From Chiloscyllium plagiosum (lineage: Eukaryota), in NCBI RefSeq assembly GCF_004010195.1, contig NC_057718.1, forward strand, positions 71,943,271-72,007,270: 64,000 nt of DNA. The letters are read 5' to 3'. Of the stretch, positions 14,437 through 28,929 are shown in pieces. A program made the position numbers and the translations under genes. The notes beneath the pieces are model-generated. The model ran no database searches. It saw nothing but the letters and a program-made list of their open reading frames with translations, and was not told the DNA's origin. Numbering within the stretch: the stretch's first letter is position 1; every line of letters begins with the position of its first letter.

Positions 14437-15533
14437 CTAAACAAAAATATAAGCAGTGATTACTTAAATAAATTTAGTTAATAATCTTGCCATAGAAAAA
14501 AAAACATACTGAACTGATGAATTTTCTTATCTGGTGTATGCTGCTCCACATCTAAAACCCAATCCTAATATTCATTCATTGCTCAGGTGCATCTGCAAAG
14601 TACATTTCACTCTAATCTGTTTCAAAAAATTTTTAAACAAATGCAGAGCTCTAAAATCATTTTTAGCAATTAAACATGCAAGTCTCAAAAGATATTGAGT
14701 ACAATTTAATTATACAGAAAATAGAGCAGGTAAATATTAGACATTGTGTCTTAGTGCTGCAAATCACGAAACATGGAAAACATCTTTTCTTTCAAAGGGA
14801 TTGATGACAACTACTACAGATGGAATGTTTCAAATCAACATTAATTTTACTAAATTATTGACTAATTTAACTGTGATTTCATACCCATCAATAAATAAGA
14901 CTGCAAAAATGCATTTTCATATGGAAAATAACCATTATAATACATGTCTTTCTTTCACCTTATCAGGATGATCTGGATTCAAAAGTAAAATTGTAGTGGT
15001 GGAAGAAAATTTAGTATCAGCACTAGTTTCCTCCATATTCTATTCTAGTGGGATGCAAGAGGAGAATACATACTTTAGCCACTGGTTTTCATTTGAAATT
15101 AAGATTTCTTAAGCTTCTATTTTGCATCAATAAGACTATAGTTGACTGAGCTGTTGATTTGACTTAAACTGAAGACAATCTGGCATGTGCTGCATAGCAT
15201 TTAAAAGACCAACTTTATCAATACTGAGATACAGGGTCTTTGAATTGTGCTAGAGTCAGAATAATATAGGGCGCCACCTCAAGCTAATAGTGAATCAGAC
15301 TATATGCACCATTTTCAGTGCTCATGACTTCTTTGTTCATTCTACTTCAAACATTTTGCCAGATTTAATGTACATTTTTGCAAGGTTTGTGAAGGTTTGT
15401 AGCTCAGGTTGAGGTTTAGGGTGTAGCTTTGCTCACTGAGCTATAGGTTCGATATCCAGATGTTTCATTACCTGGCTAGGTAACATCATCAGTGGCGACT
15501 TCCAAGTGAAGCGAAGCTGTTGTCTTCTGCTTT

Positions 15534-16033
15534 NNNNNNNNNNNNNNNNNNNNNNNNNNNNNNNNNNNNNNNNNNNNNNNNNNNNNNNNNNNNNNNNNNN
15601 NNNNNNNNNNNNNNNNNNNNNNNNNNNNNNNNNNNNNNNNNNNNNNNNNNNNNNNNNNNNNNNNNNNNNNNNNNNNNNNNNNNNNNNNNNNNNNNNNNNN
15701 NNNNNNNNNNNNNNNNNNNNNNNNNNNNNNNNNNNNNNNNNNNNNNNNNNNNNNNNNNNNNNNNNNNNNNNNNNNNNNNNNNNNNNNNNNNNNNNNNNNN
15801 NNNNNNNNNNNNNNNNNNNNNNNNNNNNNNNNNNNNNNNNNNNNNNNNNNNNNNNNNNNNNNNNNNNNNNNNNNNNNNNNNNNNNNNNNNNNNNNNNNNN
15901 NNNNNNNNNNNNNNNNNNNNNNNNNNNNNNNNNNNNNNNNNNNNNNNNNNNNNNNNNNNNNNNNNNNNNNNNNNNNNNNNNNNNNNNNNNNNNNNNNNNN
16001 NNNNNNNNNNNNNNNNNNNNNNNNNNNNNNNNN
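15534..16033. other. Assembly gap (500 N)
   Basis: Run of N. Confidence 1.
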
Positions 16034-16217
16034 TTCATTTGTGTGTGTTGGGATGGTTGCTGGTGTAGTTAAGCATTTGGTCAGTGTTTGTCGGTTTTCT
16101 GTATAGATAGATCTAGATACCATCTATCAACCCCTCAGAAAACGAACAGGAAACGACATCACCACAAACATATAAATAGAAAGCAGGAGACAACAGCTTC
16201 GCTTCACTTGGAGGTCG

Positions 16218-16257
16218 CCACTGATGATGTTACCTAGCCAGGTAATGAAACATCTGG
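16218..16257 (+). ncRNA. Minimal type I hammerhead ribozyme motif (PLE terminus); inverted copy at 15456-15495
   Basis: CCA-CTGATGA-T-GTTACCT(AGCC)AGGTAAT-GAAAC-ATC-TGG: stem I CCA/TGG, conserved core and stem II. Confidence 0.75.
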
Positions 16258-16789
16258 ATATCAAACCTACAGCTCAGTGAACAAAGCTACACCCTTAATG
16301 TACATTATTCCCAAATATAAAAACAAAAACAGGCAGAAACAAATATAAAAAATTTTTAAATGGGTTCAAATCAGCCTTCAATACATGACTCAGTGTCAAA
16401 ATGCAATTTCCAACTTCACAAGGATTTCTCACTAAGATACAGTTCCTACATAAACAGCCCATTGCTACAAATGGTAAGTGATGTAACTAACTCATAAAAG
16501 ATGATCATCTGATAAATAAAACCTGAACACGTACATTCAGGAAATCGATGATGCCCAAAGTATACATGAACCAAGGTCAATAGTTAGATTGCAACAAGTA
16601 TCACAGCAATTCACTGTTATGAATAGCTGGACAGATTCTTTATCCAATAATATTTAGTCTGACAAAAAACTTGATATGCAAAAAGCCAATGTGGGTTCAG
16701 AACTGGTCATCGAACTAGACATGATCTTTACTGAGAAAACTTTCAAGAAGAAACCTCAGTATAGTTCACAAAATATAGAAGAGCCTAGG

Positions 16790-17500
16790 GAAAAGTTGAT
16801 GAGCAGAGAGATCTGGGGGTTCAGGACCACTGTACCCTGAAGGTGGATGCACAGGTGGATAGAGTGGTCAAGGCAGCACATGGAATGCCTGCCTTCATCC
16901 GACAAGGTATTGAGTATAAGAGCTGGCAGGTCATGTTAAAACTGTACAAGACTTTGGTTCGGTCACATTTAGAATACTGTGTACAGTTCTGGTCGCCACA
17001 TTACCAAAAGAGTGTGGACGCTTTGGAGAGGGTGCGGAAAAGGTTTACAAGGATGTTGCCTGGTATGGAAGGTGCGAGCTATGAAGAGAGGTTGAAGAGG
17101 TTAGGATTGTTTTCACTAGAGAAAAGGAGGTTGAGGAGGGATTGGGGTCTACAAAATCATGAAGGGTATAGACAGAGTGGATAGAGTTAAGCTCTTTCCC
17201 AGGGTGAGGGATTCAATAATGAGAAGTTACGCGTTCAAGGTGAGAGATGAAACATTTAAGGGGGATACACGCGGAAAGTATGCAGAGGGTGGTAGATGCC
17301 TGTAACGCATTGCCAGCAGAGGTAGTAGAGGCAGGCATATTAGATTCATTTAAGGTGCGTCAGGACAGATGCATGTGTAGGTGGGGAGCAGAGGGATACA
17401 GATGCTTAGGGCGATAAGTTTAGATGATTAATTTGAATCGGCTCAGGCTCGGTGGGCCGAAGGGCCTGTTCCTGGGCTATACATTTTCTTTGTTCTTTCT
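16790..17500 (+). mobile_element. CR1 LINE 3' fragment
   Basis: ORF 16843-17184 LEYCVQFWSPHYQK and CR1 3' tail. Confidence 0.9.
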
Positions 17501-18597
17501 TTCTTCTTAAGCCTCCACATTTGATTTTGAAGACCTAATCAAATCCTTCGATATGATAAGCATACAGCTCCCCCTTCTTCAAAAATTAGTCACCCACTGA
17601 GACTATTCCAGATCACAAAATGTTTCCATTGTGAAATGAAAGAAAGAATCATCTACAGTGACATCAGACTGAGTAAAGAAAGATTGCAATTTTGGGGCTA
17701 ATATTGTTCAGGATTCCCTCATGTTCAAATGACCTTCAGATCAGGTTCTGCATTTTGCTAAGATTTACCTGTCCAGATAGAGAGCAAAGACCAAAGTAAT
17801 ACATGTTCTAATGTATGAAACACCTGCCTGTTTGATGACACAGCTCTTATTCTGTGTTTGACTATAAGCCTATAGTCAATTTAACAAATGTTTTTAATTG
17901 CTGCAGAGAAATTTGAGACATGATCGAAGGCAGCACTCTGAAAGCTTGTACTTTCAAATAATCCTTTGCACTATAACCTGGTGTTGTGATATTTTTAACT
18001 TTGTCCATCTCAGTCCAACAATGGCACCTCCACACCACAGAAGACTGATCAGCCCAAGCAGCAGTACAACTAAACAACGAGCATTTGAAAAATACTAGAT
18101 TTGTAACCAAATTCATTTTTCCTAAGTCAAGTTGCAAAGATATTTTAATACAGTATAAGTCAGTAATATTTACTCTGTTTCTCAACAAGCAAATCTCAGT
18201 AACTTTTTTAAAAAAATTTGTTTATTCGAGATGAGGACATTGAAGTCCAGACCAATATTTATTATCCACTCTAATTCCCTTTGAGAAGACAGTGATGAAG
18301 TCTCTTGAAGTGCAAAATCCATGTGGTCCAGAGACACACACAATGCTGTGAAGAAGAGAGTTCCAAGAAGAAGTAATGGCAATATAGTTCCAAGTCAGGG
18401 ATGGTGTATAGCTTCAAGAGGAACTTCCAGGTGATAGAGTAACCATGCATCTGCTGCTCTTGTCCTTCTAGGTGATACAGCTCATTGGTTTTGAAGATGC
18501 TGTTGAAGCCTTGAATGCATCTCGTAGCGGAAACTGACTGTGTCAGGAGTGAATGTTGAAGGTCGTGAATGGGATATCAACCAAGCCGTCTACTTAG

Positions 18598-19300
18598 GTA
18601 AAAACAATGACTGCAGATGCTGGAAACCAGATTCTGGATTAGTGGTGCTGGATTTGGAACTAGGGTGAGGTGGGGGAAGGGGAAATGAGGAAACTGTTGA
18701 AGTCCACATTGATGCCCTGGGGTTGAAGTTTTCCGAGGCGGAAGATGAGGCGGTCTTCCTCCAGGCGTCTGGTGGTGAGGGAGCGGCGGTGAAGGAGGCC
18801 CAGGACCTCCATGTCCTTGGCAGAGTGGGAGGGGGAGTTGAAATGTTGGGCCACGGGCGGTGTGGTTGATTGGTGCGGGTGTCCCGAAGATGTTCCCTAA
18901 AGCGCTCTGCTAGGAGGCGTTCAGTCTCCCCAATGTTAAGGAGACCGCATCGGGAGCAACGGATACAATAAATGATATTAGTGGATGTGCAAGTAAAACT
19001 TGCAAACAACCAGCTCAGCACTGTCCCCATGACTTGTCCAGACTTGTTGTACCTGCCTATCTCCTTTTCCACTTGTCCACTCCACCCTCTCCTGCTTGAC
19101 CTATCACCTCCATCCCCTCCCCCACTCACCCATTGTACTCTATGCTACTTTCTCCCTACCCCCACTCTCCTCTAGCTTATCTCTCCATGCTTCACGCTCA
19201 CTGCCTTTATTCCTGATGAAGGGCTTTTGCCCGAAACGTCGATTTCGAAGCTCCTTGGATGCTGCCTGAACTGCTGTGCTCTTCCAGCACCACTAATCTA
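18598..19300. mobile_element. Penelope-like element fragment: GIY-YIG on minus strand plus inverted 3' terminus with hammerhead core
   Basis: NIIYCIRCSRCGLLNIGETERLLAERFREH. CTGATGAAGGGCTTTTGCCCGAAACGTC at 19213-19240. 16 bp TSD CAAGCCGTCTACTTAG at 18582-18597 and 19301-19316. Confidence 0.9.
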
Positions 19301-21530
19301 CAAGCCGTCTACTTAGTTCTCTGGTGGTGTAGAGCTTCTTCAGTGTTGTGGAACTACACCCTCCATGAAAATAGACAATACTCTATCACATTCCTGAATT
19401 CTGCCATGTAGATGGTGGATATGCTCTGGAAAGTCAGCTAGGGAGTTACTCACTCCAGACTCTGACCTGTTTTCTTAGCCAATGTTACAAAATAGCTGGT
19501 CTAATTCAACTTCTGGTCAACGGTAAGCTTCAGAAGGTTAATAGTGGGGACTGTGGCAATGGTAAATGCTATTTAACATTAAGGGGAACTGATTGGATTC
19601 TTTCTTGTTGGAAACGGTTGTTACCTGATACTAGTATGGCATGAGCGTTATTTTCCACTAACCAATTCAAGCCCGAATGTTCTGCAGGACCTGCTGCATT
19701 CGGACATAAACTGGCTCAGATTCTGAGGAGTCAATGAATGGTGCTGGACATTGGGGATGTTCGCTGACAATTGTACAATCAGGAATAATGCTGGAAAGAA
19801 GGTCTTTGATGGACTAGTTGAAGACAGTTGGGCTGACATCACCCTGAGGACTCATAGATATGTCCTGGAGCTGAATTGTCTGACCTCCAACAACCACAGA
19901 CATCATCTTTTGTGTAAAAAATGAATCCAATTAGTGGAAAGTTTTCACCATAATTTCCATTGACTCCATATTTACAAGTGTTCTATAATGCCATACTGTC
20001 ACTTTACACTCATATACTTTTGTAAATGTGAAGGCCCAGAGAGTCTCCGACCCAGAATTTATTCTGTGCCCTTGCTATCCTCTGTCCTTCTTCAATTGAC
20101 ACTCAACAGTCAGATTACTGCTTCATTAGCTAAGATAGTAATAAGCATAGGTAGAAATCAGGTTTCCTTGTGCATGTTTGACCTGATGCCATAGGACATC
20201 CTAGCTGGAGTCAATATTGAGTATTCTCATGGAAACTCCCTCCAACTACATATCCCAGTGTTGCTTGCCTGACAGCACATATCCAGAGATAGTATGGAAA
20301 CATCTGGAATTTTTTCCCCCAAGGTATAATTCAGTGAATAGGACTGTCAGGCTGATACTTGACTAGTTTGTGGGACAGCTTTCCCAATTTTGACACAAGC
20401 CCTCAGATGCTAGCAGTGAGGACTTTGCAGAGTGAACAGGGCTGTGTTTGCAAATGTCAATGCTGGGTATTCTGTCCAATTTCGTTCTTCTTCTTAGACT
20501 TTATAGCATTTTAAATCAAATGATTCTTTGAAAGGTCATTCCAGAGAGTATTGGGCCTGAATTCACCTGAAAGCAAAGTTAGGTAAGGGCAAAAAGTTTC
20601 CTTTAGTTAAAAAAAAATCTATGATTCAGTCATTGTTCACCATAATACCATTACAAGATACGAAATTGAACCAAAACAATGTTACAAAAACATTTTTCAA
20701 ACTTTGAAACATTGAATGAGATACATAAAATCGAAAAAATTGAAAACATTGTGTAAAGCTTATTAGTATTGCAAAACTCCAAATTCTAAGCAGTCTTTAT
20801 TGAAACTTCCAGCCCTAATTTTACAACAATATTGTTCGTTTAAGCATTAACCATAATTTCGCATTTGGACAGCCAATTGCAAAATACTGTTCAAATTAAG
20901 GTCAAAGAACTTATAGCAAGGAAAAAAAGCCCAATAATGCATTGTGACTGTGCCATTCATCATGGACCCATCTATTCTAAAGCTATTTCTCAGCAACAAT
21001 CTCCATATGTCGTATTTCACATGCTCATTCAAATACTCGTTGCATGTCTTCAGGATTCCTGTCTCTCCCATCGTTCAGGCAGTGAGTTCCAGATATCCAC
21101 CATACACTCATGAAAAACTTACTTCAAATACTCTCCAAACCTCCTACTCCTTATCTTAAAACTGTGACCCTGGTTATTGATGCCACTACTAAGGATAAAG
21201 ATTCCTCCCTATCTATGTCCTGCATAACTCTGTACACCTCAGTCTAGACCCCCTCAGTCTCTCTGCTAAGGAAAAGAACCCCAGCCTATCTAATTTATCC
21301 TCAGAGGTGAATCACACCAGCCCAGGCAACCACCTGATGAATCTCCTTTCCACACTCTTTTGTGCAATCACATCCTTCCCAAAGTGCAGTGACCAGAACT
21401 GTACCCAGTATTCCAACTATAGCCTAAATAATATTATCCACGGCTCCATCATAATTTCCTTCGCTTGTTTTCAATGACTTGAGGATTAAAGGATTCCATA
21501 AACCTTATTAGCAAATTTATCTGAGTGTCC

Positions 21531-22365
21531 TAGGTTTGTGAGAAGATTTGTAGCTCGGGTGCTCGTTGTTGTGGTTCTGTTCGCCGAGCTGGGAATTTGT
21601 GTTGCAGACGTTTCATCCCCTGTCTCGGTGACATCCTCAGTGCTTGGGAGCCTCCTGTGAAGCACTTCTCTGATGTTTCCTCCAGCATTTATAGTGATTT
21701 GTATCTGCCGCTTCCGGTTGTCCGTTCCAGCTGTCAGCTGCAGTGGCCGGTATATTGGGTCCAGGTTGATGTGCTTATTGATTGAATCTGTAGATGAATG
21801 CCATGCCTCTAGGAATTCCCTGGCTGTTCTCTGTTTGGCTTGTCCTATAATAGTAGTGTTGTCCCAGTCGAACACATGTTGCTTGTTATCTGAGTGTGTG
21901 GCTACTAAGGATAGCTGGTCGTGTCGTTTCGTGGCTAGTTGGTGTTCATGGATGCGGATCATTAGCTGTCTTCCTGTTTGTCCTATGTAGTGTTTTGTGC
22001 AGTCCTTGCATGGGATTTTGTACACTACATTGGTTTTGCTCATGCTAGGTATCGGGTCCTTCGTCCTGGTGAGTTGTTGTTTGAAAGTGGCTGTTGATTT
22101 GTGTGCTGTTATGAGTCCTAGTGGTCGCAGTAGTCTGGCTGTCAGCTCGGAAATGCTCTTGACGTATGGTAGTGTGGCTAGTCCTTTGGGTTGCGGCATG
22201 TCCTCGTTCCGTTGTCTTTCCCTTAGGTATCTGTTGATAAAATTGCGCGGGTATCCGTTTTTGGCAAATACATTGTATAGGTGTTCTTCTTCCTCTTTTT
22301 GCAGTTCTGGTGTACTGCAGTGTGTTGTGGCCCTTTTGAATAGTGTCTTGATGCAACTGCTTTAA
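21531..22365 (-). mobile_element. Penelope-like element 3' part (RT thumb, GIY-YIG) with hammerhead motif
   Basis: ORF 21486-22199 NVVYKIPCKDCTKHYIGQTGR..RIHEH..REFLEAW. Hammerhead core at ~21604-21643. Confidence 0.92.
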
Positions 22366-22919
22366 GAAGAGGATACTCAATCACTAACAGGATACAAAAT
22401 TGTTATGGAAGAAGTGTTGGATAGATTGTTGATATTTAAAAGTTGACAAGGGACGAGGACCAGATTGAGAGGCATCTATGGGTTTTGAAGGCGAAGAGAT
22501 TGAAATTACAGATGCACTGACCACAGATTTTCAGTCTTTCCGAGACTCAGGGGAGGTGCCAGAAGACTGTAGAATTGCAAAATTGTCTTTTCAAGAAATG
22601 CTGACAAGTTGACTAGTCAGTTTAACTTCAGTGGTGGTGAAGCGCCTTGAGGCAGTTATTCAGGAGATAATTAGTAGTTACATAGAAAAAAGTGGTTAGG
22701 AAGAGTTAGCACGGATTTCTAATGGCAAATTTTCATTAACTTGCTGGAATCTTTTGAAAAGGTAATAGAATGGTTTGATGGCTTGTGAGGCAAGTTATAG
22801 GTTATGCAATAATAGGGTCAATAGCAACATGGATACAAAATTGATTTGGTGACAGAAAACAAAGAATAATTGTCAATGGATATTTGTCAAGCTGGAGCAG
22901 GTTTGGAGTAGAGGTAACA

Positions 22920-25010
22920 TAGAAACTACAAAATTAGAGGAGTATGTAATTTGGCCCTTCAAGTCTACTCCACCAGTCATTATGATCACGGCTTATCATC
23001 CAACTCAATAGTCATTCCAGCTTTTTCCACATATCTTTGGATCCCTTGAACCCCAAGTGCATCCAACTTCTTCTTGGAATCATAAAATGCTTTGGCCTCA
23101 ACTGCTTCCTGTAATAGTTAATTTCATAGGCTCATTGCTCTCTGGATAAAGAAATATTTCTTCATTTCAGTCTTAAATTCTTAACCCCATATCCTTAGAT
23201 TGTGACCGCTGCTTTTGGACTCCCCTGCCATTGGCTACATCCTTCCTGCATTTAATCTGTCCATTTGTTATAATTTATAGGTTTCTATCAGATAACCTCT
23301 CACTATTCTGAACTCCAACAAAAAGAATCCTAATTGATTCAACCTCTCATCAGATATCAGTCCTGCTATCACAATAATCAATTTGGTAAAGCTTTGCACC
23401 ACTCCCTTCCTCAGATAAGGAGTCTATACTGCATACAATATTCCAGGTGTGGTCTCATCCAGGCTCTGTATAGTTGCAGCCAGACATTCCTGCCCTTGTA
23501 TTCAAAATCTCTTGCTATGAAGGTGCCTCCTTTAGCAACTCAGCATGCCTACCTTCAGTGATTAGTGCACAAGGACATCTATGTCTCACTGGATATTCCC
23601 CTCTCTCACTTTATAGCCATTCAACTAATAATGTCTTCTTATTTTCCTACCAAAGTGGATAACCTCCCATTTATCCATATTATACTCCATCTGCCATGTA
23701 TTTGCCCACTTACTCAGCTTGTCTAACTGTCACTGCGGCATCTCTGAATCCTCCTCATATCCAGCTTTGTGCCATCTGCAAATTTTAAAGTATTACATTT
23801 AGTTCCTTCATCTAAATCATCCATTTGTATTGTGAATAGCTGGGATACACACTGATCCCTGCTTCAGTACCCCAATAGTCACTACTTTCCATCCAGAGAA
23901 AGACTGTGTATTCCTGCGCTTTGGTTTTTATCAATTTTCTACCCAAATCCATACATTAGCCCAATCCTATGAGTTTACAGACCAATATCTCATGTGTGAC
24001 TTTGTCAAAAGCCTTCTGAAAGTCCAAATAAACCATATCTATGGGCTCCCCTCCATCAAATCTATTAGTTATATCCTTAAAAAGTTCCAGTAATTTGCCC
24101 AGCATGATCTCCCTTTCCATGCTGAATGTTCAATCCTGCCACTATTTCCCAAATACTCAACTATTAATTATTTTATAAGGGACTCTTTTATAAATCTCAG
24201 TTTTCCTTCTGCCTACCTTCTTAGAGGGATTATATCAGCTTTCCTCCAATGCATGAACAATTCCAGAGTCTCTAGAACTTTGGGAGGTGACCACCAATGC
24301 ATCCACTACTTCAAGGACAATTCCTTAAGAACTCTGGGATAGAGATTATCAGAGTCCAGGGATTTATCGGACTAAATTTCTCTAATACCATTTTCCCACT
24401 ACTAAATCTGATTTCCTTCAGTATTTCCTTCTCATTAAACCCTGTGCTCCCCTACTTTACTCATATTAGGGCAGCATGGTGGCTCAGTGGTTAGCAGTGT
24501 CCCAGGTTCAATTCCAGCCTTGGACTACAGTCTGTGTGGAGTTTGCACATTCTCCCTGTGTCTGCGTGGGCTTCCTCCGGGTGCTCCGGTTTCCTCCCAC
24601 AATCCAAAGTTGTGCAGGTCATGTGAATTGGCCATGGTAAATTGCCCATAGTGTTCGGTGCATTAGTCAGAGGGAAATGGGTCTAAGGTGGGTTACTCTT
24701 CAGAGGGTCGGTGTAGACTGGTTGGGTCAAAGGGCCTGTTTCCACACTGTAGGGAATCTAATCTAATCATATAGACACTGAACATTACTTGTGTCCTCTT
24801 TTGTGAACACAGAACCAAAGTATGTATTTAATTTGTCTGCCATTTCTTTGTTTCTCATCACAAGTTTTCCTGTTTCTGACTATAAGGGGCCAACAATCGT
24901 CTTCACCAATTATTTTCTCTTCACAGACTTACAGAAACATTTACAATCAATTTATATGATCCCCAAGCTTATTACTGCAGTCTCTTTTCACTTACTTAAT
25001 ACTTTTGTCT
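22920..25010 (-). mobile_element. Degraded CR1 LINE ORF2 with nested HE1 SINE (~24469-24770, +)
   Basis: Reverse-strand CR1 RT and tail motifs. HE1 head GGGCAGCATGGTGGCTCAGTGG. Confidence 0.75.
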
Positions 25011-25789
25011 TCCTTTCTGCAATGATCAAAAATGACCACCTAACTCTTCTAATCCCATTTTCCAGAACAAAGCCTTGTATTCCTTGGTACACTTCTTAAA
25101 TGCCATGAGAATTTCTGCTTCTACCACTCTTACCGGTAGTGAGCTTCATAATCCTACCAACCAAGAGGTGATAAAGTATTTCCTGACATCTCCTCTAAAC
25201 ATTCTATCCTTTACCTTAAATCCATGCCCCGGTCATCAATCCCTCTACTAAAGGGAAAGGTTTCTTGCGGTCTATCCTATCTGTGCCCTTCATAATTTAT
25301 GTGCATTCCTTGCATAATTTCCCATGACCTGCCATTTTAGTTTAAAGCCTCCCCAACCACTCTCACAAATACTCCCCCTAGGATATCAGCCCCAGTCCTG
25401 CCCAGTATAACCTATTCAGTTTGTACTCCCCCAGAACCAGTTCCAAAACCCCAAGAACCTGAAGCCCTCACCCTCACACCATCCCTTCAGCCAAGCATTC
25501 ATCTGATACATCATGCAATTTCTGTTCTAACTAGCACGGGCACTGGCAGTAATTCTGAGATCATGATCTTTGATGCCCTACTTTTCAATTTAATTCCTAA
25601 CTCCCTATATTCTCCTTTTAGGACCTCATACTTTTTATAAAGTTATGACATTGGTACCAACATGTACCATGACAACTGGTTGTTCACCCTTCCCCTCCAG
25701 AATATCCAGTAACTTTAGATCTCAACTGGAGTAATGTGTAAAATTGTGAGCACATGATGGGAAAGATGTAAGCACATCATATAGGGCAG

Positions 25790-26140
25790 TAAGGTGGCAC
25801 AGCAGCTCAGTGGTTAGCATTGCTGCCTCACAGCATCAGGGATCCGGGTTCGATTCCAGCTTCAAGTGATTGTCTATGCGGAGTTTGCACATCCTCCCCG
25901 TGTCTGCATGAGTTTCTGCTGGGTGCCCTGGTTTCCTCCCACAGTGATGTGAGCATTAGGTAGACTGGCCATGCTGAATTGCACATAGTTTGCAGAGATG
26001 TGTAGATTAGATGCATTAGCCACAGGAAATTCAGGGTTACAGAGATAGGGTAGGGGGATGGGTCGGGTAGGATACTCTTCGGATAGTCAGAGTGGACTTG
26101 TTGGGCCAAATGGCCTGTTTCCACAATGTAGGGATTCTGT
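25790..26140 (+). mobile_element. HE1 SINE
   Basis: tRNA-like head and CR1-like tail. Confidence 0.85.
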
Positions 26141-26639
26141 GGTACATCAGAGAGTGTGCAAAGTCAGTTTACAAGATTGATTCCAGGGACGAAAAAGATT
26201 TCAAATATCAGGACTGATTGAAAAAGTTACAACTGTTCTCCTTGGTGAGAAAAAGGCTAGAGGAGATCTTGTAGAGCTTTTCAAAATTTTCAGTGGGTTG
26301 GACAGAGTAAATAGGGATAAAATATTCCCACTCATAAAATCTACAAGGCACAGATTTATTGTGCAACAAAAGCAAGGGTGAAGTCAGGAAAGTCTTTTTC
26401 ATCAGCAAAAAGTTAGGGTATGAAATGCACTCCCAGGAAATGTGAAAGAGGCAGAATCAATTAAGGCATTCAAGAGGGTATTGGAAGATTGTCTGGATGA
26501 CAATAACATGCAAGGAAATGTGGAAAAACCAAGAGATTGACATTTATTTAACAAACTAGTGTAGATACACTGAGCCAAAATAGTCTCGTTCGGCGCCATA
26601 ATATTTTTGTGATTTTGCTGCCTTCAAGGATGTGTAGAC

Positions 26640-27760
26640 ATGGGAAGTCTTTCACAGAGAAATGGTAGATGGAGTTTAATCCAAAAAAATGAGAGGTGAT
26701 GCAGTTTGGAAGATCTAATGCAGAAGGGACATATACAATAAATGGCAGTACACTTAGTAGTATCATCATACAGAGGGATTTAGGCATACAGGTCAACAGT
26801 TCTCTGAAGGTAACAACACAAGTGGAGAAGAACATCACGAAAGCACATAACATGCTTGCCTTCATCAGTCAGGCACAGAGTATAAAGATTGGCAAGTTGT
26901 GTTGCAGTTGTACAGACTTTTAGTTAGGCCACATTTTGAATATTGCAAACAATTCCAATCACACTACAAGAAGAAGATTAGATCAGATTACTTACAGTGT
27001 GGAAACAGGCCCTTCGGCCCAACAAGTCCACACCAACCCTCCAAAGAGCAACCCATCCAGACCCATTCCCCTACATTTACCCCTTCACCTAGCGCTATGG
27101 ACAATTTATCATGGCCAATTCACCTAACCTGCACATCTTTGGATTGTGGGAGGAAACCGGAGCACCCGGAGGAAACCCACGCAGACACAGGGAGAATGTG
27201 CAAACTCCACACAGACAGTTGCCAGAGGCGGGAATTGAACCCTGGTCTCTGGCGCTGTGAAGCAGCAGTGCTAACCACTGTGCCACCGTGCCGCCCACAG
27301 AAGGTGGAGGCTTCAGAAAAAAATTCTTTATTAGGATGCTGCCTGCTTTGGAGGGTATTTGTTCTGAGGAGATTGATAAAGTTGGTTTGTTTTCACTGTC
27401 GAAGGATGAGAGAGGACCTGATAGAAGTTTACAAAATTATGAGAGGCATGGATAGTCAGTCTTTTTTCCTGGGGTGGAAATGTCAATTACTGGGAGACAT
27501 GGCTTTAAGGTAAAAGAGGGTAAGCTTAAAGGAGATGATAGAGCAAACATTTTATTTAGAGGGTGGTAAATGCCTAAAATGCATTATCAGAACTTGTGAA
27601 GGTGACGGACACAAGCTCAATATTTAAAAGGTATCTTCTATGAATAGATAGGAATAGAGTATTACAAAGCACAGAGAAGAAAAATTTTTTTGGTTTAGAA
27701 ATGCATGTGTCAGCACAATCTTGGTGGGCCAAAGGGCCTGTTTTTGTGGAGGTTTTTTGT
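26640..27760 (+). mobile_element. CR1 3' fragment with nested reverse HE1 SINE (~26978-27296)
   Basis: QRDLGIQV and LVRPHFEYC motifs. HE1 reverse complement inside. Confidence 0.8.
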
Positions 27761-28159
27761 TCTTTGATATGGGGGAAAGGAGGGTGCAGGCTGCTGAATT
27801 GGATTATCAACCATAGTAATAAATGAATCATGCAGAATACTTAAAGGGCCAAGAGGCTAAGTCCTGTTCCTAGTTTCCATGGTTCTAACATCAAGGGGTA
27901 TTCATTAATTATAAATAACAGACAAAAAGGAACCAAACATTGTTAGTAAATGAGTAAAATCAACACAATTATGAGGAAGGATATCACTGACATGTTCAGA
28001 GAGGCATATGAGAGAATGGATCTCAGATTAAACATAGAACCAGAGAATTTTACAATACAGAATGAGGCTATTTGACCCATCATGTCTGTAATGGCTTCCA
28101 AAAGAGCTATCCAGCTGGTCCAACTCTTCAGTATTATTTTTAATAGCCCTCCACATTTA

Positions 28160-28928
28160 ACATAAAACAGTACAGGCCCTTTGGCCCTTGATGCTGTGCC
28201 GACCCTTTATCCTCCTCTAAGATCAAACTAAACTACATACTTTCCATTGTAGTATCTTCCATGTGCCTATCCAAGAGATGCTTATATATCCCTAATGTTT
28301 CTGACTCTACTAATAACGCTGGCAATGCATTCCACGCACCACCACTCTGTAAAGAACTTACCTTGGAAATCTCCCCAACACTTTCCTCTAGTCACCCTCC
28401 TCATGATAGCCATTTCAGCCATGGGAAAAAGTCTCTGGCTATCCACTCAATCTATGCCTCTCATCATCCTGTCCACCTCTCATCCTTCTTTGCTCCAATG
28501 AGAAAAGCCCTAGCTCCCTCAACCTTTCATCATAAGATATACCCTCCAGTCCAGACAGCAACCTGGTAAATTTCCTCTGCACCCTCAGTAAAGATTCCAC
28601 ATCCTACTTATAATGAGGCGACCAGAACTGAACACAGTATTCCAAGTGTGGTCTAAACAGGGCTCTATAGAGTTGCAGCATAACCTCACGGTGCTTGAAG
28701 TCCATCCGCTTGCTAATGAAAGCCAACACACCATACATCTTCTTAACAACCCTATCAACCTGGATGGCAACTATGACGGATCGCTGGACATGGACCCCAA
28801 GATCCCTCTGTTCCTCCACACTGCCAAGATCCTGCCTGTAAGCCTGTATTCTACATTCAAATTCGATCTTCCAAAATGAATCACTTCATACTTTCCAGGT
28901 TAAACATCATCTGCCACTTATCAGCCCA
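28160..28928 (-). mobile_element. CR1 3' fragment
   Basis: ORF 28604-28819 RPHLEYCVQFWSPHYK. Confidence 0.88.
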
Positions 28929-28929
28929 G

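Larger units (their letters stand above)
15377..16294. mobile_element. Penelope-like element with inverted terminal copies spanning a 500-N gap
   Basis: Inverted ~110 bp termini on each side of the gap. 12 bp TSD TTAATGTACATT at 15365-15376 and 16295-16306. Confidence 0.8.

Noticed and set aside
15433..16123. Long ORFs of 180-215 aa in the ORF track
   Set aside because: Artefacts of translating the 500-N gap
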